A stretch of 64,000 nucleotides of DNA from positions 1,216,001-1,280,000 of the forward strand of contig CAWBOS010000012.1 of the NCBI GenBank assembly GCA_963790475.1, given 5' to 3'. A program made the translations under genes and the position numbers. Numbering within the stretch: position 1 is the stretch's first letter; every line of letters starts with the position of its first letter. The stretch is from an uncultured delta proteobacterium. Lineage in GTDB: Bacteria > Desulfobacterota > RBG-13-43-22. Below the pieces are notes generated by a model that was not told the origin of the DNA, made no database searches, and saw nothing but the letters and a program-made list of their open reading frames with translations. Shown piece after piece: positions 57,400-64,000 of the stretch.

Positions 57400-58314
57400 C
57401 TATCCCTGGCTACCGCGCCTGGCCACCAGGATCCCGAATAATACCAGCATTCCCCCCAAGGCCTGCCAGATACCGACGGCTTCGCTGAGCAGGAGCCAGG
57501 CCAGAAGGGCGGCGGCTACCGGTTGAACCAATAGAGCTACTGAGGAAAAGGAGGCCGGAAGATGAGCCAGGGCATAGGCGATAAGGCTCTGTCCCCCTAC
57601 ATGAGAGATCAAGGCCAGGCCGATCAGGATCATCCAGCCCTGAAGGTTTCCAACTTGGATACTTTCCCCGGAGATCAGAGTGATCGGCAGTAGAACCACC
57701 GTAGAAATCAGGCCACTCCAGGCCATGATGGTGGAGGTGGAACAACGGTCCCGAAGATATTTTACCGACAAAAGATATCCAGCGTAAAAAAAGGCGGCCG
57801 TAAAACTCAAGGCGTCTCCCCAAAAGTGATGAAGACTGACCTGAAAACTTTTTCCGGCGATCATGGCCATGCCTGATAAGGCCAGGACCATCCCCAGAAT
57901 AAAAATCATTCGCACCCTCTGACCAAAGATCAGCCAACCGCCCAGAGTGACGAAAACCGGGGCAAAATTGACCAGCAAAGTGGCATTGGCTACGGAAGTC
58001 AATTTGAGGGACCAATGCCAGATGGACAGATCTCCGGCAAAGAATATACCAGCCAGACTCAGGAGGAGATAATCAGATCGGGAAGCGGGAGGACGATGTT
58101 TGACCCTGCTCTCTCTTTCCCAAGACATCCATAACCATAAAGGAGGCAGGGCCAGAATAAGTCGCCAAAAGGCCGTGGCACTCGGGCCCACAGGACTGAG
58201 GCGGACAAAGATAGGGGCAAACCCGATAGCCACAGCACCGGCTACCAGGGCGAATAAGGGCAATCGGTTTGCTTTGGGAAGGTGGGATTGAGGCCGAAAA
58301 TGATTTTGGTTCAT
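57400..58314 (-). CDS. DMT/EamA transporter
   Basis: About 10 TM segments; TSVANATLL, GGQSL..YAL. Confidence 0.9.
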   Translation of the reverse strand: MNQNHFRPQSHLPKANRLPLFALVAGAVAIGFAPIFVRLSPVGPSATAFWRLILALPPLWLWMSWERESRVKHRPPASRSDYLLLSLAGIFFAGDLSIWHWSLKLTSVANATLLVNFAPVFVTLGGWLIFGQRVRMIFILGMVLALSGMAMIAGKSFQVSLHHFWGDALSFTAAFFYAGYLLSVKYLRDRCSTSTIMAWSGLISTVVLLPITLISGESIQVGNLQGWMILIGLALISHVGGQSLIAYALAHLPASFSSVALLVQPVAAALLAWLLLSEAVGIWQALGGMLVLFGILVARRGSQG

Positions 58315-58332
58315 AAGAGAATTTTTACGGGC

Positions 58333-59598
58333 TTATTTTTCGGCATCGGAAATGCCTTGCAGGGAAATGATCCTTTCCAGCAGTGGGGGATGGGAATAAT
58401 GGAACCGGACATAAAGGGGATGAGGGAAAAGGTTGCTTAAATTATCGGCCGCCAGTCGCTTCAGTCCGGTGATCATGGCTGATGAAGACCCGAGCAGCCT
58501 TGCGGCAAAGGTATCGGCCTGACGTTCAAATCGCCGGGATAAGGCCATGAACAAAGGCGTTAAAAAGAAACCGGCCTTCTGCCAAAAGATCCCGATCAAC
58601 AACAGACCGGCATAAGTCCTTGGCCGTTCAAATCCGAAGGTCCGGTAAAGGAAAGGCCAGTCGATCAGGAGATAGGTCAGATAGAAAAATATCAGCATGG
58701 CCGACTCGATCAGCAGGAATTGCTTCAAAATGTGTTTCTTTTTAAAATGTCCGGCCTCATGGGCCAAAACGGCCAAAACCTCTTCCTGGGGATGGCTCTG
58801 GATCAGGGTATCATAGAGAACGATCCGCTTGGTCCGGCCTAAACCGGTAAAATAGGCATTGGTGTGACGGCTGCGTTTCCCGGCATCCATCTGGAAAATC
58901 CCTTTGATTTGTATTCCCGCTCCCTCCATCAGATTCTTAATCTTTTGTCCCAATTCCTCATCCTGAATAGGTACAAATTTATTGAACAAAGGGGCGATCA
59001 GGATCGGATAGAGGATCGTCAGCAGTAACTGAACGGCGGAAAGGACTATGAATCCCCAAAGCCACCAGCGCTGGGGGGAAAAAAGGATCATACCCAGAAG
59101 CAGAGACAGGACCAGGGAAAACAAGACCAGAGACAAGACGCCGGATTTCAAATGATCGACGGCCCAGACCCTTTTCGTGGACTGATTGAAACCATATTTC
59201 TCTTCGAGCATAAAGGTGTGATAGTAATCAAAGGGAAGATCGAGCACATAAGAAATGAATCCCGGGACCAGAAAGAAAAACAGGCCGGCCCAGACAAAGG
59301 GAAGTCGCCAGCCGGAGGCCAAACGGTCCAGAAAAGGGAAGAAGCCGGAGAGGAGAAAGATCAGGAGAATTATCTCATTGAACAGGTCTTGCCCTACCGA
59401 GAACCGGCTGTTCTCCAAAGTATAAGCCCGGCTTTGATCCAATTTTTGCTGATCGATAAACCCTTCAAAAACCCGGGGCACACTCCGGCCTTCTTCTTTC
59501 AGATAATTCCGGTTTCGGTATTCCAGCCAAAGGGAAAAAACCGTCTGCAAGATATACATGGTCAGAAAGCCGAGCAGTAAACCATTCCAGAGAATCAT
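58333..59598 (-). CDS. M48 (STE24-like) metalloprotease
   Basis: NAYFTG, HEAGH, ERQAD, YSHPPL.ERI. Confidence 0.93.
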   Translation of the reverse strand: MILWNGLLLGFLTMYILQTVFSLWLEYRNRNYLKEEGRSVPRVFEGFIDQQKLDQSRAYTLENSRFSVGQDLFNEIILLIFLLSGFFPFLDRLASGWRLPFVWAGLFFFLVPGFISYVLDLPFDYYHTFMLEEKYGFNQSTKRVWAVDHLKSGVLSLVLFSLVLSLLLGMILFSPQRWWLWGFIVLSAVQLLLTILYPILIAPLFNKFVPIQDEELGQKIKNLMEGAGIQIKGIFQMDAGKRSRHTNAYFTGLGRTKRIVLYDTLIQSHPQEEVLAVLAHEAGHFKKKHILKQFLLIESAMLIFFYLTYLLIDWPFLYRTFGFERPRTYAGLLLIGIFWQKAGFFLTPLFMALSRRFERQADTFAARLLGSSSAMITGLKRLAADNLSNLFPHPLYVRFHYSHPPLLERIISLQGISDAEK

Positions 59599-60629
59599 GA
59601 TCCCTCCATCCTCAGTACCTTGGCTCCCCGGATTTTCCTTTCCTTAAGTTCCATGAGGGCTTGATTGGCCTCTTCCAGCAAAAATCCCTGGACCTCGGGG
59701 ATGATTGGGATTTCAGCGGCCAGGGTCAGAAATTCTTCTACATCCCTCCGGGCCACATTGGCCACGCTTTTAATCTCTTTCTCCAGCCAGAGATCACGGG
59801 GATAATCGATTTGAGTTAAAAACTTTTTATCCTTTTCCTCTTTTCGAATGGCATTAATAACCAATCTTCCCCCTTTCCCCAAATTTTTTAGAGTCTCGAC
59901 CACCGGCTGCCAGGCCGGAGTGGTGTCTATAGCAGCGTTCAATTTTTCCGGAGATTCGGCCTCGATTCCCCCGGACCAGACAGCCCCCAGTTCCCGGGCA
60001 AAGCCCTTTTCCTGATCGCTGCGGGCGAAAACAAAAACCCGGACCTGCGGGTATTGGTGCCGAACCATTTTGAGCACCAGATGGGCCGAGGCCCCGAACC
60101 CGATCAGCCCCAGGTTCCAGCCGTCCCGGATTCCGGTCAGTCTTAAGGATCGATAACCGATCGCCCCGGCACATAACAGGGGAGCGGCCTGACTGTCGGT
60201 AAATCTCTCCGGAATTTTATAGGCAAACCGTTCGGAGACCCGGCAATATTCGGCGTATCCTCCCGGGACGTCCCGACCGGTGGCCTGGAATTGATCGCAC
60301 AAATTCTCATCTCCCTGGAGGCAAAATCCGCATTTTCCGCAGGCCGAATAAATCCAGGCTATACCTACCCGCTCCCCTAGTTTGAACCTTTCGGCCCGGG
60401 GCCCGGCTTTTTCCACCCGGCCGACGATCTGATGTCCTAAGATCACCGGAAAACTTGAAGGCGGAGTACGTCCCTCGATCTCATCCAATTCCGTGTGGCA
60501 AACCCCGCAGGCCGAGATCCGGACCAGGATCTGGTCGGCTTTCGGCTCCGGAACAGGGAGGTCCATCATGACCAGGGGGGTTCGGTTTTTTCCCAGATCG
60601 CACAGCTGATTTAAAACCATGGCCTTCAT
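59595..60629 (-). CDS. Zn-dependent alcohol dehydrogenase family protein
   Basis: CGVCHTELD, GHQIVG, CGKCGFC...ENLC, LLCAGAIGYR, GFGASAH. Confidence 0.92.
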   Translation of the reverse strand: MKAMVLNQLCDLGKNRTPLVMMDLPVPEPKADQILVRISACGVCHTELDEIEGRTPPSSFPVILGHQIVGRVEKAGPRAERFKLGERVGIAWIYSACGKCGFCLQGDENLCDQFQATGRDVPGGYAEYCRVSERFAYKIPERFTDSQAAPLLCAGAIGYRSLRLTGIRDGWNLGLIGFGASAHLVLKMVRHQYPQVRVFVFARSDQEKGFARELGAVWSGGIEAESPEKLNAAIDTTPAWQPVVETLKNLGKGGRLVINAIRKEEKDKKFLTQIDYPRDLWLEKEIKSVANVARRDVEEFLTLAAEIPIIPEVQGFLLEEANQALMELKERKIRGAKVLRMEGS

Positions 60630-60797
60630 GATTGGGGGTCTCCTGAAAGGGCTTACGGCAGTTCTTGGCTGCCATTTGTAGATTAACAAAAATATCGGAA
60701 AAGAAAAATGTTTTTTAAATTGCCGGTCCTTTTTCTCTTTGACAAAGTCCCCGGGAAGGTTTAATTTTTTTTCAGATGAAAGGACGATGATACCCCA

Positions 60798-60989
60798 ATG
60801 GATGACAGAATAACTCAATTAAAAGCAGAAATCGAAAAGCTGAAAGAGGACAAATCAGATAGGGAAAAGGCCCTTCCAGCTCATTCCATCTGGCCTAATC
60901 AATTACTGGTTATTGAAGAACTGGAAGAGGAAATCGACCGGAAGCAAAAAGAACTTATGGGCTTGACCCTGGCGACAGAAGAGAATTAG
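60798..60989 (+). CDS. Small coiled-coil hypothetical protein
   Basis: REKALPAHSI...IEELEEEI; AGGA RBS. Confidence 0.65.
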   Translation: MDDRITQLKAEIEKLKEDKSDREKALPAHSIWPNQLLVIEELEEEIDRKQKELMGLTLATEEN

Positions 60990-61005
60990 AAATTCCTTTT
61001 TCCGG

Positions 61006-61518
61006 TTAAAAAGAAGGTTCCTTCTTCACCCGCCCAAAAAGAGTTCGGTATTTGTGGCATTGGTCGAATTTAAGATAAGGGATGACCTCTTCGGTTGCCT
61101 CCTGGCTTAAAGGGAGAAATTTCCCTTTGGCCCTGAGGCACTCTTTGCCGTTAGAAATCAATTCTCCCTGGCAATAGGCGATACGCCCGCCATCTTTAAG
61201 CAGGTGACCGATAATCTCGATCTCCTCTCCCACAGTGACCGGGAGCAGATATTTTATGGTCAACTCTCCGGTGACAAAGAAAAGATGCTGCCGGCTGAAG
61301 ACCGTTGCCGCCCAGCCCATGGTTTCATCCAGTAACCCGGCCAGGACCCCGCCGTGGGCGATTAACTTGTAGCCGTTAAGGTGTTGGGGCAGGGTGAGGC
61401 GGGTCCGGACGGTGTCCCCCTCGACAAAAAATCGTGTGTGCGCCCCGCAAGGATTTTCATCACCGCACAGAAAACAGCCGCTGGAATGGGGCAGATATTC
61501 ATGGTCTGATCGGGTCAT
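61006..61518 (-). CDS. PaaI-family thioesterase
   Basis: CFLCG.ENP.G; HGGVLAGLLDE. Confidence 0.9.
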   Translation of the reverse strand: MTRSDHEYLPHSSGCFLCGDENPCGAHTRFFVEGDTVRTRLTLPQHLNGYKLIAHGGVLAGLLDETMGWAATVFSRQHLFFVTGELTIKYLLPVTVGEEIEIIGHLLKDGGRIAYCQGELISNGKECLRAKGKFLPLSQEATEEVIPYLKFDQCHKYRTLFGRVKKEPSF

Positions 61519-61572
61519 AGAGTTTCTTTCTTTTGTTTCAGAAATAACCTCTGCTTTCAATTCGCGTCAGCC

Positions 61573-62190
61573 TCAACTTTTCGTCAATAACTGTACAAAC
61601 AGGGTCACCAACACGGCCAACACTTCAAAGTCAATTATTTGAGTCGCCTTATGATCGAACAACAGGGTCACCCGGGCAGGAAATTCATCATCCCGGTCAT
61701 AGAAAATAAGTTGTAGCGGAATGTGTGGGAGCAGATCAAAAATCAGGCTCACCGCCCCCGATCCTGCTTCTCCACCCTGGCGGCCCCCAACCGATGATGC
61801 CTTTGCCAACAATTCCGGAAGGCGCCCTTGAAATCGTTTGATGATAGGGCCTTCCAAGGCACCCTGGGAATAACTCCCTTGTTTGAACAGGGGGCCCGCA
61901 AGCTCGGCGAAGGTTACAAAATTTCCTTCCCCCCGGTTGCGACTGCCTTTCAAAATATAGTGGATCAGTACACCTCCGAAGGCATAGGGGAACCTTTGAC
62001 CATCCGATCGCCGCACACCTTCTCTGGACACCAGGTAGGTTTCGCCAAAAAAAGGGATCTCAGCTTCCCCGGCATCATTTAAGGGAAGATCAAGGTGGTC
62101 TGCTGAAGCGGCAATATCCGTATCGGCCAGACGATCGACAAGGTCTTCATAAATCTTTCTTTGACCGCTATCAGCGAAGTTGTCTTTCAA
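61573..62190 (-). CDS. DUF3786-family protein
   Basis: LIHYIL...FVTFAEL...LPHIPL.LIFYDRDDEFPA. Confidence 0.85.
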   Translation of the reverse strand: MKDNFADSGQRKIYEDLVDRLADTDIAASADHLDLPLNDAGEAEIPFFGETYLVSREGVRRSDGQRFPYAFGGVLIHYILKGSRNRGEGNFVTFAELAGPLFKQGSYSQGALEGPIIKRFQGRLPELLAKASSVGGRQGGEAGSGAVSLIFDLLPHIPLQLIFYDRDDEFPARVTLLFDHKATQIIDFEVLAVLVTLFVQLLTKS

Positions 62191-62342
62191 GAGATAAACC
62201 TTTCATCCCGCACTTCTATAAAAATAGGCATACTTAGACCCCCGAGTGGAATGGTCAATTTCGCTCGTTCGATGCAGCGTTGACCCGTAGCTCGAAGTGT
62301 ACGGGGCCGAAGGCCCATGCAAGCGGGTGAGGGGTGCGCAGT

Positions 62343-62678
62343 TCAGCGCCCATCACGACCCGCAGATTGGATCTTCTTTCTTGCCTTTCTGTTACTCGCA
62401 AGATCGAGCAGGGCATCCGGATGATTTTCCGCAACCTGCAGTAATATTCGCGCCGGTCCTTCCGGCTTGCGCCGCCCTTGCTCCCAGTTACGAAGCGTTG
62501 CGGTGCTTATCCCCATGAGGATTGCGAATTTGTCCTGTGAAAGACCATATTGGTCGCGAATCTTTTTCACTTCGGATTCCGCGAAGGTGAAGGTTCGTGC
62601 CGGCTTCATTGTGCGCTTCATTATCTCGCCGCCCTGTTTTACGCTTTTAAGAAGTTCGTCAAAAAGTTTTTTTTTCAT
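62343..62678 (-). CDS. XRE-family HTH protein (NadS/HigA-like antitoxin)
   Basis: FDELLKSV...IRDQYGLSQDKFA...TLRNWEQGRRKPEGPARILL. Confidence 0.88.
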   Translation of the reverse strand: MKKKLFDELLKSVKQGGEIMKRTMKPARTFTFAESEVKKIRDQYGLSQDKFAILMGISTATLRNWEQGRRKPEGPARILLQVAENHPDALLDLASNRKARKKIQSAGRDGR

Positions 62679-62958
62679 CGTATGCATGGCAAGTTATTTA
62701 TTGGCAGAAATTGGCGTCGATATCTCTTATAGCATCGATGGACAATAGGCCAGACCTTATTGGGAACAAAATATCGATTGGTTCTCGGCATTGAAGTTTT
62801 TCTTAGAACCTTAGAACCTTCTTTTTAAGGGTAAAAAGGGTACTTTAAGACCCTTCTTACCTATCATCTTTTATATAATTCATTGAGAATCGAATTCCTT
62901 GGTCTAGTCCGACTCCCATTTAACATTTACCCATTTAATTAAAAGAGAACCGGCCCCT

Positions 62959-63864
62959 TTATGATTCTTGGAAATAATCGGTATCTATCCTGTAAATGTT
63001 ATAGGTTTTTTCTATTGCAAGTCCGAGACCATAATCTACCATAAGTTCGGCAAGTGATTTACCATCAATCAGGATCACTTTAACATCAAGATTTTTAACA
63101 TAATCTAATGAATCAGCAGTAAACCGAGAAGTTGTTATAAAAAGCCCTTTTTTTGCATGCTTTCCGTGAAGTGCTCCAACAAATTTCTGGATTTCTGGAC
63201 GACCGACAGAGTTATCCCACCTTTTTGCTTGGATGTATATAGCATCAAAACCAAGCCGATCACCTTTAACTATCCCATCTATTCCCTCATCACCAGAACG
63301 CCCCAATGCCTCACCGGCATCTTCAAATGTTCCGCCATATCCCATCTTTAACAACAAATCAATAACAATTGATTCAAAGAATGACGGTGAACAATTTTTA
63401 ACCTGCTGAATTAACTCATCGGAAAGATTCTCTTTTATCTGCTGATAACCATTCTCAATCATCTCTTGGGGTGTTGTCGAAATGCTATCTTGCCTTAATT
63501 CTACTTTCTGATTTTCCTTTGAACCTTTCAGTGATTCTAAATAATCTGGTAGCGTTCGTAGGAAGTTTATATCAATTTTATCGGGAGCTTTCTTGATAAT
63601 AGCTAATCCAGAATCCGAAATGCAAAAAGAACGAGCCCCCATACTTTTAAGCAGTTTAGCAGCTTTTAAATGAGATTGTGCCCACGATACCGTGTTTGCA
63701 AATTTTGTTTGACGAGTATTATTAAGGCGTAATTCACGATCTTCATTCGAAAGATGGAACTGGTCCGCAAGCTTTTCTGTCAATTCTTTTCCATTATGTT
63801 CCTTACCGTCAGAACATTGTTTTAATAAAGGGAGCATTAAATCTTGAAAACCTGGTAGTGCCAT
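62959..63864 (-). CDS. mrr: Mrr type IV restriction endonuclease
   Basis: Mrr_N (LMLPLLK...VSWAQSHL), FFESIVIDLL..MGYG, DEGIDG, IQAKRW, FITTSRF. Confidence 0.93.
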   Translation of the reverse strand: MALPGFQDLMLPLLKQCSDGKEHNGKELTEKLADQFHLSNEDRELRLNNTRQTKFANTVSWAQSHLKAAKLLKSMGARSFCISDSGLAIIKKAPDKIDINFLRTLPDYLESLKGSKENQKVELRQDSISTTPQEMIENGYQQIKENLSDELIQQVKNCSPSFFESIVIDLLLKMGYGGTFEDAGEALGRSGDEGIDGIVKGDRLGFDAIYIQAKRWDNSVGRPEIQKFVGALHGKHAKKGLFITTSRFTADSLDYVKNLDVKVILIDGKSLAELMVDYGLGLAIEKTYNIYRIDTDYFQES

Positions 63865-64000
63865 TTTAATCCTCAATTTTAATTTGTTTAGAAAATCAGT
63901 TTATTTTATCGCGTGCGGATTTATTGTTTTCCCGGGCCAGCGAGTGGAATTTGGGACCAAGCGACCGCAGTTCCATGCGTTTGATTGATTGCGAGGGCTA

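Noticed and set aside
1-64000. CRISPR array, tRNA or rRNA
   Set aside because: No regularly spaced repeat-spacer units and no recognisable structural RNA seen by eye; a tRNAscan or Infernal run would be needed to exclude small RNAs.
63920-64000. Possible attC-like hairpin upstream of mrr
   Set aside because: Truncated by the window edge and no clear R boxes.

Overview
Bacterial chromosomal window. Gene content (AOR, DUF362, DUF3786, sigma-54 regulator, core MetE) suggests an anaerobic Desulfobacterota-like organism; this is inference. Most of the window is loosely organised metabolic and accessory genes: serC, dapF, glyA, nadBC, aor/moaD, acyl-CoA ligase, hydrolases, GNATs, an ECF sigma, two type II TA pairs, Fic, Mrr and one IS200. 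The most striking structure is a minus-strand integron cassette array at ~2.5-8.6 kb with six readable attC sites and no integrase. It is loaded with defence-like genes: ATPase-TIR, ImmA/IrrE-Mrr fusion, two PD-(D/E)XK-like nucleases and a nucleotidyltransferase pair. The array is headed by a ~150-bp non-coding element (attI-like site, LexA-box-like 16-mer, extended -10 promoter). That element recurs at ~3.1, ~8.6 and ~25.8 kb and partly at ~62.7 kb, each time upstream of an accessory gene and never next to intI, i.e. candidate dispersed, integrase-free integron landing pads. A second notable unit is a sigma-54 operon encoding ApbE plus a thioredoxin-CxxCH-FMN-site fusion protein. Four sigma-54 promoters, several palindromic repeats and several frameshifted or decayed genes are also visible. 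No rRNA, tRNA or CRISPR array was seen. All family assignments come from motif recognition, not database searches.
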